From Bacteroidota bacterium (lineage in GTDB: Bacteria; Bacteroidota; Bacteroidia; Chitinophagales; Saprospiraceae): DNA of 64,000 bases. Where the stretch lies: positions 67 through 64,066 of the forward strand of contig JBEAXK010000079.1 in NCBI GenBank assembly GCA_041159865.1. Reading direction: 5' to 3'. The translations under genes were made by a program, and so were the position numbers. Below are positions 35,529 to 45,400 of this stretch, piece by piece. How positions within the stretch are numbered: the first letter of the stretch is position 1; the number at the start of each line of letters is the position of its first letter. A model generated the notes under the pieces. The model had not been told where the DNA came from, ran no database searches, and saw only the letters and a program-made list of their open reading frames with translations.

Positions 35529-36317
35529 ATGCATAAAGTTCATTATCTTGTTTTGTTTTTGTCGTTCTTATTACTCCTAACAATGTATATTGGTTGCGAA
35601 ACAAAAGCTGCCGATGTTAAAGAAATTGCCAAAACAAGATCCCTGGTTGTAGAAAATACTACACGCGAAGTGTTAGAAATGTATGCAAAAAAAGAACTTG
35701 GTTCTACCGATTTGCTTCTCCTCGAAAATCTAAATAAGGATTTAGATAAAAATACTGATCTGAATAAAAAAGCAGAAATTGCCCGAAAGCTTTCTGCAAA
35801 ATGGTTTGATTTAGGTCATCCAGCCGTTGCTGGGTCTTATGCTGAAATGGTCGCTGAGTGGTTTCCTTCTGCTGAAGCATGGTCTATTGCCGGTACTACT
35901 TTTGGTCAGGCAATTCCTCAAAAAGAAGATGCTAAAGTTAGAGAATTCGCTGCTAATCATGCCGTTACTTCTTTTGAAAATGCAATTTCTCTTGCTCCAG
36001 ATGAATGGACCAACAAACTCAATCTGGCTCTTGTGTTAACGGATGTTCCACCTCAGGATAATCCAATGAAAGGTGTAAAAATGTTGCTGGAATTGAATAA
36101 CAACTATCCAGATAATGCCAGAATTCTTTTTCATTTGGGTCGCTTAGCGATTCAGACAGGACAATTTGAAAAGGCTGTCGAAAGATTGGAGAAATCTTTG
36201 GAACTTGATGATGCTCAACCTCAAATTTATTGCTTACTTGAAAGGGCCTATCGTGAAACTTCAAAATCTGATCTGGCCAACATGGCCGCAGATAAATGTC
36301 GGAATTCAATAAAATAA
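35529..36317 (+). CDS. TPR-repeat lipoprotein
   Basis: Signal plus lipobox (LLTMYIGCE). The C-terminal half has TPR-like helices (ARILFHLGRLAIQTGQFEKAVERLEKSLELDDAQPQIYCLLERAY). Confidence 0.65.
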   Translation: MHKVHYLVLFLSFLLLLTMYIGCETKAADVKEIAKTRSLVVENTTREVLEMYAKKELGSTDLLLLENLNKDLDKNTDLNKKAEIARKLSAKWFDLGHPAVAGSYAEMVAEWFPSAEAWSIAGTTFGQAIPQKEDAKVREFAANHAVTSFENAISLAPDEWTNKLNLALVLTDVPPQDNPMKGVKMLLELNNNYPDNARILFHLGRLAIQTGQFEKAVERLEKSLELDDAQPQIYCLLERAYRETSKSDLANMAADKCRNSIK

Positions 36318-36344
36318 TTTTTAAACTCTTAAAAAAAGAATATT

Positions 36345-36440
36345 ATGCCATGTGGAAAAAAGCGTAAAAGACATAAAATTGCTTCTCACAAAAGAAAAAA
36401 AAGATTACGCAAAAATCGTCATAAGAAAAAAAATAGATAG
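36345..36440 (+). CDS. 31-aa extremely basic micro-protein, probably ribosomal protein bS22-like
   Basis: ATG at 36345 and TAG at 36438-36440, translating to MPCGKKRKRHKIASHKRKKRLRKNRHKKKNR. About two thirds of the residues are K/R/H. It is too short for the supplied ORF track. It resembles the short K/R-rich bS22-type peptides that I recall being described for mycobacterial and Bacteroidota small subunits. Confidence 0.55.
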   Translation: MPCGKKRKRHKIASHKRKKRLRKNRHKKKNR

Positions 36441-36467
36441 TATTTAGTCCTGCTTTAGGGGCTATAG

Positions 36468-36581
36468 GGAATGTATTTTTGTTTCCACTACCATCAGTGG
36501 TTAATTAAGCGAATTGTCTGCTTTTTATCGTAGATAATTCGCTTAATCATAACCCTATTCTTGTTTGTATAGGAACATTCC
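36468..36581 (+). promoter_or_regulatory. Structured leader upstream of rng (nested hairpins)
   Basis: The outer pairing ggaatgt (36468-36474) / acattcc (36575-36581) encloses a 5-bp hairpin ccact..agtgg (36485-36500). It also encloses a 16-bp stem (one G-U pair), 36504-36519 / 36532-36547 (attaagcgaattgtct / agataattcgcttaat). No U-tract follows, so this is not a canonical terminator. Confidence 0.4.
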
Positions 36582-36611
36582 TTCGCTTGCCTTCTTCTAA
36601 ATTATTTTCTT

Positions 36612-38165
36612 GTGGAAAAAGAACTTGTCATTTCCTCGACTTCAACAGAAGTGGAAATCGCATTGATTGAAAATGCACATCTCGTAGAAATTCATTCGCA
36701 AAAAGTTAATAATAACTTTACTGTGGGGGATATATTTTTGGGGAGTGTTAAAAAATTAATGCCCGGCTTAAATGCTGCTTTTATTGAAATAGGTCATAAT
36801 AAGGACGCTTTTTTACATTATACTGACTTAGGTCCCAAACTTAAATCTTTAATTAGATTTACTCAAAATGCCGTTAACGGCAGCCAAAATACCCCTGGCT
36901 TAGATAACTTCGTTTTGGATCCTGAAATATTGAAAACAGGAAGAATAGACCAGGTACTTGCTAAACGTGATTTAATCCTCGTTCAGGTTCTAAAAGAACC
37001 CATTTCTACCAAAGGTCCACGACTTAGTTGTGAAATTACTATCCCAGGTAGATTTCTTGTCCTTACTCCATTTTCTGATGTCGTGGCCGTTTCTAAAAAA
37101 ATTGCCAATAATGAAGAAAGAAAAAGATTAAAACTGCTAATTGAAAGTATAAAACCTAAAAATTTTGGGATTATCGTTCGAACAGCTGCTGAAGGTAAAT
37201 TGGTGGCTGATCTGCATGAGGAACTCGGCTTTATGATGGCTAAATGGAATGATTTGTTTTCTTCCCTCCATAAAGGTGCTGCTCCTTTGAAATTACTTAG
37301 CGAGCTTGATAAAACTTCAAGTATCCTTAGAGATCTTCTCAGTGATTCTTTTAATAAAATTTTAGTCGACGATAAAGACCTATATCAAAGTATAAGGAAT
37401 TATCTGGCTACCATTGCTCCCGATCAGGTTGGTATCGTTCAATTGTATAAAGGTAATAGTCCCATTTTTGAGTCCATGGGCATTATCAAGCAAATTAAAT
37501 CTTCCTTTGGAAAAACAGCTTCCCTTCCAAGTGGTGCCTATCTGGTGATAGAACATACGGAAGCCATGCATGTTATCGATGTTAATAGCGGTCATAAAAT
37601 GAGCTCCCAAAATGCAGATGAAGCCATTATGAGAGTAAATGTGGAAGCTGCTGCGGAAATCGCCAGGCAATTGAGGTTGAGGGATATTGGTGGAATCATT
37701 ATTGTCGATTTTATCGACATGAAAAATGCGGAATTTAAAAAGGACTTGCTAAGCGTTATGCGTGCAGCAATGAAAAAAGACAGAGCACAACATACGATTT
37801 TGCCTTTAAGTAAATTTGGCTTAATGCAAATTACCCGCCAACGCGTTCGACCTGAAGTTAAAATAGATACCACAGAGGTATGTCCTACCTGTAATGGTAC
37901 GGGTAAAATAAATCCTTCTATTCTTATTGTAGATGATATTGAACGAGATTTAAATTTTATTTTTCAATCCAGACCATCAGCAAAAATTACAATCGTAACA
38001 CACCCTTATATTGATGCTTATCTTAAAAAGGGCTTCATAAGCAAACAAATGAAATGGTCACTTCACCACTTTAAGTGGATTCGTATTACTCCTTCCAATG
38101 AACAACATATTTCAGGGTATAAATTCTTTGATGAAAATAATGATCAAATTAGGCTGAATTCTTGA
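36612..38165 (+). CDS. rng: Ribonuclease G/E family endoribonuclease
   Basis: 517 aa with a GTG start. It has an S1-like N-terminus (GDIFLGSVKKLMPGLNAAFIEIG), the catalytic core (VIEHTEAMHVIDVNSG, DIGGIIIVDFIDM, the DNase-I-like Mg site), and LSKFGLMQITRQR followed by CPTCNGTG (zinc link). Confidence 0.9.
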   Translation: MEKELVISSTSTEVEIALIENAHLVEIHSQKVNNNFTVGDIFLGSVKKLMPGLNAAFIEIGHNKDAFLHYTDLGPKLKSLIRFTQNAVNGSQNTPGLDNFVLDPEILKTGRIDQVLAKRDLILVQVLKEPISTKGPRLSCEITIPGRFLVLTPFSDVVAVSKKIANNEERKRLKLLIESIKPKNFGIIVRTAAEGKLVADLHEELGFMMAKWNDLFSSLHKGAAPLKLLSELDKTSSILRDLLSDSFNKILVDDKDLYQSIRNYLATIAPDQVGIVQLYKGNSPIFESMGIIKQIKSSFGKTASLPSGAYLVIEHTEAMHVIDVNSGHKMSSQNADEAIMRVNVEAAAEIARQLRLRDIGGIIIVDFIDMKNAEFKKDLLSVMRAAMKKDRAQHTILPLSKFGLMQITRQRVRPEVKIDTTEVCPTCNGTGKINPSILIVDDIERDLNFIFQSRPSAKITIVTHPYIDAYLKKGFISKQMKWSLHHFKWIRITPSNEQHISGYKFFDENNDQIRLNS

Positions 38166-38170
38166 TTTTG

Positions 38171-38269
38171 TCAGTTCATTGGACATCCACATCCTGTTTT
38201 ACAAGAACTTATAAAGATACTAATCAATATAGTTAGAATAGTAACAAGGTCTGTTTTTGGTTTTTTCAT
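38171..38269 (-). CDS. Possible 32-aa lipoprotein-type micro-ORF
   Basis: MKKPKTDLVTILTILISIFISSCKTGCGCPMN*. It has a basic N-terminus, a hydrophobic core, a lipobox-like ISSC, and then CxC. It sits in the otherwise empty 193-nt spacer after rng. The only evidence is the signal-peptide-like composition. Confidence 0.25.
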   Translation of the reverse strand: MKKPKTDLVTILTILISIFISSCKTGCGCPMN

Positions 38270-38358
38270 TATTTAAGGATAATTTAATAACATATTTACA
38301 ACAAGTTAATATTTTGCCACCAATTTTGTTCTTTTAAAAGTTCAAATTTGTTAAATAT

Positions 38359-39498
38359 ATGACGGTCTTTTATAAGAATGATACAGTTTTAAAAAGTAAT
38401 TTGTTTACTGAGAATAAGGAACCAGCTATTTTGGTGACTCCTTTAGATTGGGGACTGGGTCATGCTACCCGATGTATTCCTGTTATTCGTCATTTATTAA
38501 ACCTAAACCAGCCTGTACTTCTTGGTGGTTGCGGCGATTCTCTTAAAGTATTGCGACTGGAGTTTCCTAATCTGCCTTTTGTTGAATTTCCAGCATTTAA
38601 TATGCGATATCCCAAAGAAAATATGCTCTGGAATGTCGCGCTAAAATTACCCCAGCTTCTTTCGACCTTTATTAAGGAACAACAATTGGTGAAATTGCTA
38701 TTGAAACAAAATAAAATTAAAGCTATTATTTCGGATAATCGGTATGGTTGCTTCCATCCCGATATTCCTTCCATTCTGATTACACACCAGGTTTATCCGA
38801 TATTTCCTATACCCTCTGTTGAAAAAAGGGTTCAGAAATATGTTCTTCATCTGATAAATCAATTTAATGCTTGTTGGATTCCTGATATGCCCGATGAATC
38901 TTCCTCTCTGGCGGGTAAATTGGCTCATCCAGTTATTCAAAACGCCAGATTTATAGGACCATTAAGTAGGTTGTTTCCCCAGGAATTAAATTCAGATCCG
39001 ATTTATAAAGTACTGTTTTTACTTTCAGGACCAGAACCCCAGCGTTCTTATCTGGAATCTAAAATTAGAAATCAGGTGGGGGAGTTAGAGGGAAATTTTG
39101 CTCTTGTTCAGGGTCTTCCAAATAAAGCTGATTCTCCCGCTACTAAGGTTGGAAATCTTCAAATATTCTCTTATCTGCAAGCAGATGAACTTTCCAGGTT
39201 AATTGCAAATAGCCAAATTATTCTTTGTAGAGCTGGTTATAGTACCTTAATGGATCTCGCTTTTTTTGGGAAAAAAGCCATTTTTATACCTACTCCAGGT
39301 CAAACTGAACAGATTTATTTAGCCGATCAATTACAAGAGGCAAATAGGGGGGTTACTGTTTCTCAAAATCAATTTAGATTGGCAGATACCATCGATAAAG
39401 CAGAAAAAACAACAGGTTTACCCTCCTATAAACCAAATGTTGGGGAGGATTTATTGTCTGAAGCAATTCAGGATTTGTTGAGCCAATGTAAAAAATAA
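38359..39498 (+). CDS. GT-B fold glycosyltransferase (family 28 / MurG-UGT-like)
   Basis: 379 aa with an N-terminal LDWGLGHATRCIPVIRHL (G-loop of GT28/GT1-like enzymes) and a C-terminal donor-binding region (CRAGYSTLMDLAFFGKKAIFIPTPGQTEQ). Confidence 0.7.
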   Translation: MTVFYKNDTVLKSNLFTENKEPAILVTPLDWGLGHATRCIPVIRHLLNLNQPVLLGGCGDSLKVLRLEFPNLPFVEFPAFNMRYPKENMLWNVALKLPQLLSTFIKEQQLVKLLLKQNKIKAIISDNRYGCFHPDIPSILITHQVYPIFPIPSVEKRVQKYVLHLINQFNACWIPDMPDESSSLAGKLAHPVIQNARFIGPLSRLFPQELNSDPIYKVLFLLSGPEPQRSYLESKIRNQVGELEGNFALVQGLPNKADSPATKVGNLQIFSYLQADELSRLIANSQIILCRAGYSTLMDLAFFGKKAIFIPTPGQTEQIYLADQLQEANRGVTVSQNQFRLADTIDKAEKTTGLPSYKPNVGEDLLSEAIQDLLSQCKK

Positions 39499-39499
39499 G

Positions 39500-40060
39500 C
39501 TATTTATTTACTTCATTCATAGCCAGACTAATTCCAAGAGACACGAACCTTTTTGTAGCATCGCAGCTTTTGGATATAATGGAGTCTAAGGTCTTTTTTT
39601 CTTCTTCACTCCATTCACCAAGCACATAATCAACCTGAACTCCTTTTTGGTCAGGACGACTTATGCCAATCCTAAGTCTCGGATATTCTGTTGTATTCAG
39701 AATGGCCTGAATATCCTTTAACCCATTGTGCCCACCGTCACTACCCCTGGGTTTTAATCGCACTGTTCCAAAATCAAAATTTAAATCATCTAAAATGACA
39801 AGTAAATGAGCCTTTTCAATTTTTTCTTTTTGCATCCAGTAATTAACAGCCTTGCCACTTAAATTCATATACGTAGTCGGCTTAACTAAAATGAGTTGTT
39901 TCCCTTTGTATTTTATTTTGGCAATATGTGCCAGCGTTTCATTTTGAAATGAAACGCCGGCTTCTTTGGCCAATTCATCTACCACCTTGAAACCAATATT
40001 ATGCCTTGTTTCAGCATACTCAGCTCCCTTGTTTCCAAGTCCAACAATTAAAAATTTCAT
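39500..40060 (-). CDS. pth: Peptidyl-tRNA hydrolase
   Basis: MKFLIVGLGNKGAEYAETRHNIGF (catalytic His region), MNLSGKAV and GSDGGHNGLKDI motifs. Confidence 0.9.
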   Translation of the reverse strand: MKFLIVGLGNKGAEYAETRHNIGFKVVDELAKEAGVSFQNETLAHIAKIKYKGKQLILVKPTTYMNLSGKAVNYWMQKEKIEKAHLLVILDDLNFDFGTVRLKPRGSDGGHNGLKDIQAILNTTEYPRLRIGISRPDQKGVQVDYVLGEWSEEEKKTLDSIISKSCDATKRFVSLGISLAMNEVNK

Positions 40061-40070
40061 GAAATGGGAA

Positions 40071-40889
40071 TTAAACAGCTACATTATGTTCCCTTAAAGC
40101 ATCGTTTAAGGAAACTTTTTTATCAGTAGATTCTTTTCTTTTCCCAATGATTAAAGCCGCTGGAACCTGGTATTGTCCAGCTGGGAATGATTTAGTGTAG
40201 CTACCAGGAATCACTACTGATCCCGGAGGTACAAACCCCTTATGAGTTATTGGTTCTGAGCTTGTTACGTCTATAATATGTGTACTTTTGGTTAAGACCA
40301 CATTTGCACCTAATACGGCTTCTTTTCCAACCCTTACCCCCTCAACAACAATGCAACGGGAGCCAATAAAGCAATCATCTTCAATAATCGTTGGGGTTGC
40401 CTGAAGAGGTTCTAATACCCCACCGATGCCAACGCCACCACTTAAATGGACATTTCTTCCTATTTGAGCACAGGAACCAACCGTTGCCCAGGTGTCAACC
40501 ATGGTTCCGCTTCCAACCCACGCGCCAATATTTACATAAGAAGGCATTAAAATAACTCCTTTCTCCAGGAAGGATCCGTGTCTGGCAATGGCGTGAGGAA
40601 CCACACGGACACCTTGAGCGGCATACCCTCTTTTTAGGGGTATTTTGTCGTGAAACTCAAAAGGACCTACTTCAATAGTTTCCATCTCACTAATGGGGAA
40701 ATATAATACAACGGCTTTTTTAATCCACTCATTTACTTGCCATTCTCCAGTTTCACCAGGTTCTGCAACACGCAATTTTCCTTTATCTAATTGATCGATA
40801 ACGGATAAAATAGCTTCCTTGGTATTGTTTTCTTTTAAAAGCTCCCTGTTATCCCAGGCAGCTTCAATAATTTGCTTCTCGTTAAGCAT
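40071..40889 (-). CDS. dapD: 2,3,4,5-tetrahydropyridine-2,6-dicarboxylate N-succinyltransferase
   Basis: 272 aa. N-terminal helical domain (AIEAAWDNRELL-type), then hexapeptide repeats (GAWVGSGTMVDTWATVGSCAQIGRNVHLSGGVGIGGVLEP....IIEDDCFIGSRCIVVEGVRVGKEAVLGANVVL). Confidence 0.9.
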   Translation of the reverse strand: MLNEKQIIEAAWDNRELLKENNTKEAILSVIDQLDKGKLRVAEPGETGEWQVNEWIKKAVVLYFPISEMETIEVGPFEFHDKIPLKRGYAAQGVRVVPHAIARHGSFLEKGVILMPSYVNIGAWVGSGTMVDTWATVGSCAQIGRNVHLSGGVGIGGVLEPLQATPTIIEDDCFIGSRCIVVEGVRVGKEAVLGANVVLTKSTHIIDVTSSEPITHKGFVPPGSVVIPGSYTKSFPAGQYQVPAALIIGKRKESTDKKVSLNDALREHNVAV

Positions 40890-40912
40890 CTGTTATTTGT
40901 TTGGGTAATAAA

Positions 40913-42337
40913 TTAAAATTCTAACCTGGCTAATCGAAGTCTTCCCCTTCGTTCACTGGGTATAATGATTCGATTGGCACTTACTTGCAAAGCATCTTTA
41001 AAACGAAGCCTTATTTTTTGATTCTCAGTACTTAAAATACTCTTTCTCTCTGATTTTCCATCGCCTCTTAATAAATATTCACTTACCGTGTTTTCATATT
41101 TTATTTCATCATTAAACAGTAAATGCAATTTTTCAGGTGTTCTGAAAATAAAAAAGGAGGAAAATGCACCCATGTCGTCTTGGGAATATTGTTTTTTGTA
41201 AAGAACGGATTGCCAGTGAAATTCGCCCCCTGGATTGACAGCAATGATAAAAATATCATTATAATAATAATCTACAATGCTTCGACTAAAATTATCATAC
41301 ATCATCCTGTTCATATTACTTATTCTCCTTTCCATGTCCTGAGACTCTTCGCCAACGATCAATACTCCACCATCTCGCCTTAATATAAGGTCTGAAATAC
41401 TGATATTCATGATACCTTTGTTATTGCGGGAATCTTTACCCTCTAGATCAGATACAAATCTGTCATTAAATGGCTGAAGTTTTGCCTTCTCCAGATTTCC
41501 ATCCGGACTAAGGTTTACTAAAAAATATCCTTCTGCTTTTTCTGGATTTCTGTTATAATAGAATCCAGATGCAATTAATTTTTTATTCAGATTATCAAAA
41601 ATAAAACGCGCATCATAAACAATCTTTTCACCTAAATGTATGGTCGATATTTTAGGACCTGAATGCCCTTTTCCATATATGATTAATCTAAAATGCCCTT
41701 CTTCTCTTCGCTGTTTATATACACTTTCTTGTATGAAAGAATACATATTTCCTTCATTATCAACAGAAACAGAAATTGGATTTTCAAAATTACTGTAATT
41801 GTCTATGACAATTCTTTTCTCCCAGAGTAAGTCCATAGATTGATTGTCGAGTACAAATGCATGTAATTCATTTCCTTTATCTATAGCATAAAATAATACC
41901 TTGTTCTTATCTTCAGATAGGACCATTTCATATTCAGGAAAAAATACAACGAATCCCATATTAAGCAGCGTGCTTGTGTCTTTTAAATTGGCGGAAGGAT
42001 CGTATCTGTTGGCGCGGATATAGGTGTCTCCTTGTTGTCTAACCTGATAAATGAGAGTGAAATCATTTTCCCTGACATTATAGCCCAAAATACTGATTTG
42101 CTTTTTTTCGAAATTTAACTCTTTGGTCCAGGTGTTTCTCATTGTTTCATCAAAGCCAGCAACCTCATATTTGAGACCTATAGTACTCATCATCAATGCA
42201 TTTCCCTTTATTTCACCCAATATATCATATTTCACTTCACTTCGCAAAGGGATTTCATCGGAAACAATCAGCTTTTGACTGAATCCAAAGGAATAACTGA
42301 AAAAAATAATAAAAGTCGCTATCCATTTCATAATCAT
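40913..42337 (-). CDS. Secreted hypothetical protein
   Basis: 474 aa with signal peptide MIMKWIATFIIFFSYSFGFSQ and a beta-rich composition. I recognise no motif. Confidence 0.6.
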   Translation of the reverse strand: MIMKWIATFIIFFSYSFGFSQKLIVSDEIPLRSEVKYDILGEIKGNALMMSTIGLKYEVAGFDETMRNTWTKELNFEKKQISILGYNVRENDFTLIYQVRQQGDTYIRANRYDPSANLKDTSTLLNMGFVVFFPEYEMVLSEDKNKVLFYAIDKGNELHAFVLDNQSMDLLWEKRIVIDNYSNFENPISVSVDNEGNMYSFIQESVYKQRREEGHFRLIIYGKGHSGPKISTIHLGEKIVYDARFIFDNLNKKLIASGFYYNRNPEKAEGYFLVNLSPDGNLEKAKLQPFNDRFVSDLEGKDSRNNKGIMNISISDLILRRDGGVLIVGEESQDMERRISNMNRMMYDNFSRSIVDYYYNDIFIIAVNPGGEFHWQSVLYKKQYSQDDMGAFSSFFIFRTPEKLHLLFNDEIKYENTVSEYLLRGDGKSERKSILSTENQKIRLRFKDALQVSANRIIIPSERRGRLRLARLEF

Positions 42338-42436
42338 AAATGTAACTTTTTTCGACGTAATTATTTCCTATGAGGTTAAGGGTTTATGTAAATAAGTAAC
42401 TTTAACCTATTATTGTTCAGATAAACGTAAATTTGT

Positions 42437-45400
42437 ATGAAATTCTTTCCCGCTTTCTTTGTTTTTTGCTCACTTTGGTTTGCTTCACTGGCTCAGAATA
42501 GTCCTTCTTGGTTGAGATATCCTTCTATTTCTCCTGATGGAAATTCAATTGTATTTACCTATAAAGGAGACCTTTGGCTTGTTCCTTCAACCGGTGGAGA
42601 AGCTACGCCTCTTACTTTTCATGAGGCACATGACTTTATGCCTGTGTGGTCTAATGATAGCAAAACTATCGCATTTTCCTCAGACAGATATGGGAATTTT
42701 GATATTTTTTCAATTTCTGTAAATGGAGGAACGCCCAAAAGAATTACCTATCATTCAGCACCCGATTATCCTTATACCTTTACAGCAGATAATAAACACA
42801 TCATCTTTGGTTCTTCCCAAAATGACTTGGCTGAAAACAGACAGTTCCCTGCCAGTTCACAACCTGAAGTTTATCAGGTTCCAGTCAATGGTGGTCAGGT
42901 TCAAATAGTTTTGACAACACCCGCTGAAGATATTTCCTTACATAAAAATGGAAATCTTTGGGTCTATCATGACAAAAAAGGAGGGGAAAATACTTGGAGA
43001 AAACATCACGTCTCTGCTATAGCCAGAGATATTTGGCTATTTAACCAAAAATTAAATAAGCACACAAAATTAACTTCCTTCCCAGGAGAAGATAGAAATC
43101 CACTTTTTTCATCTGATGGCAAATCTGTTTATTACCTAAGTGAACAGTTTGGAACTTTCAATGTATGTAAATTAAGTCTGGATAACCCGACAAAAATGGA
43201 GCAGGTAACAAAATTTACAAAACATCCGGTTCGATTCCTTTCACAATCAAATGCAGGTGTCCTTTGCTTCGGCTTCGATGGAAGTATTTATACCTCGAAA
43301 GATGGTGGATCCCCAAAATTAGTGGACGTTAAAATTTCGAATGAAAATAGAAAAAATAATGAGCAAATTCTTTCTGTTAAAGGTGGAGTTCGCGGTTTAG
43401 CCGTATCGCCCGATGCAAAGGAAGTTGCTTATATTTACAGAGGAGAGGTTTTTGTGTCTTCTGTAGAAGGGGGTATGACAAAACAAATTACAAAAACACC
43501 CGAACAAGAGGTTTCTGTAAGTTTCTCTCCCGATGGTAAATCGATTGTTTATGCTTCTGAAAGAGGAAATAAATGGCAGATTTTTCAAACTTCAAGAGTA
43601 AGAACAGAAGAACTTTATTTTTCTTCCTCTACCTTGCTTTCGGAAAAATTATTATTTGTTAATTCAAATAATTGTTACCAGCCTCTATTTTCCCCAGACG
43701 GTAAAGAACTTGCCTTTATTGAAAATAGAATGACCTTGAAAATCTGGAATAAAGAAAGTGGACAGTTTAGAACCCTTTTAGGCCAGGATCACCTCTTCGC
43801 TATGGGTGAAAATGATCAGTATTTTGCCTGGAGTCCGGATAATAAATGGCTGATCTTTGATTATAGTGTGCCTGGTTCTGCAGTTGGTGAAATTGGACTG
43901 GTCGCCGCCGACGGGAAATCAAAACCAATCAATATGACAGAAAGTGGCTTTCAAGATTATAATGCTAAATGGGCGCTCGCCGGAGAAGCTATTTTTTGGT
44001 TTAGTAATAGAGATGGTCTTAAATCTGTAGCCCAAAGTGGTAATAGTCAGCTTGATATTTATGCACTCTATTTAACAAAAGAGGCCTTCGATAAATATAG
44101 GTTGTCTAAGGAGGAGTTTGCGCTGGCTAAGGAAATGGCAGACAAAAAAATTAAAAAAGATTCTACTGCTAAAAAGGATTCGTTGAATATTCTTAATATC
44201 GATTGGGAAAATTTAGATTCCAGGAAGGTTAAATGGACCTTAAATTCAACTTCAATTTCCGATGCCGTCGTTAGTAAAGACGGTGAAACACTTTATTACC
44301 TGGCCAGATACGAAAAGGGTTTTAATCTTTGGTCACTAAATCTGAGAACTAAAGAATCAAAAATTGTTTCCAATCTTAATGCTTCAGGTGGAAATTTATT
44401 ATGGGATAAAGATTTTAAAAATATTTTCTCGAATGCCTCAGGTTCGCTGATGAAAATTAATCCGGAATCAGGAAAACAAGAACCCATTTCCATTCAAGGT
44501 GAAATGGTACTCCAAGTCGCCGCTGAACGTTTAGCTATGTTCCATCATGTTTGTTCCAAAACAGAACGTACCTTTTATACCGAATCTTTTCATGGCGTAC
44601 CCTGGAATGAATATAAAATGGATTATTTAAAATATCTTCCCCATGTTTCTAATGGACACGAATTTGCAGAACTTCTCTCTGAATTATTAGGGGAATTAAA
44701 TATTTCTCATAGCGGTGCCAGATACTTTTCTTCTAATCCTCAAGATGATGAAACGGCTTCATTAGGTGCATTCTTTGATCCTTCTTTTGAAGGGAATGGT
44801 TGGAAAATAAAGGAAATAATCGTGGGTGGACCTCTTGATAAAGCTGCGCTAAACATTTCTCCTGGTGCTGTTATCACAAGTATCGATGGTCTCCTCTTTA
44901 ATAAAGAACAGGACCTGGCAGCTTTCCTGAATAGAAAAGCAAGTAAAAATGTGCTTATCGCGATACAAGATTCAGGAAAATCAAGAGAATTAGTCATCCA
45001 GCCAATGAGTCCGTCCGATGAAAGTCGCTTGCTTTACAAAAGATGGGTGAAAAAAAATCAAGATGAAGTGGATAGGTTATCGGGAGGTAAATTGGGCTAT
45101 ATCCATATACCTGGTATGAACGACGGTGTTTATAGATCTGTTTTTGAGGAAACAATGGGTAAGTTTTTTAATAAAAGTGGCCTCGTTGTAGATACCCGCT
45201 TTAATGGAGGAGGTGACCTAGTTGCAGATTTGGCTACTTTCTTTTCAGGAAAAAAATTTATGGATTATGCCGTTGATAATAGAAGCGCTGGTTTTGAACC
45301 TAATTTTAGATGGACAAAACCTATTATATCATTGGCAAATGAAGCTAATTACTCCGATGGACATTGCTATGCCTACATGATTAAAGATCTGAACCTGGGT

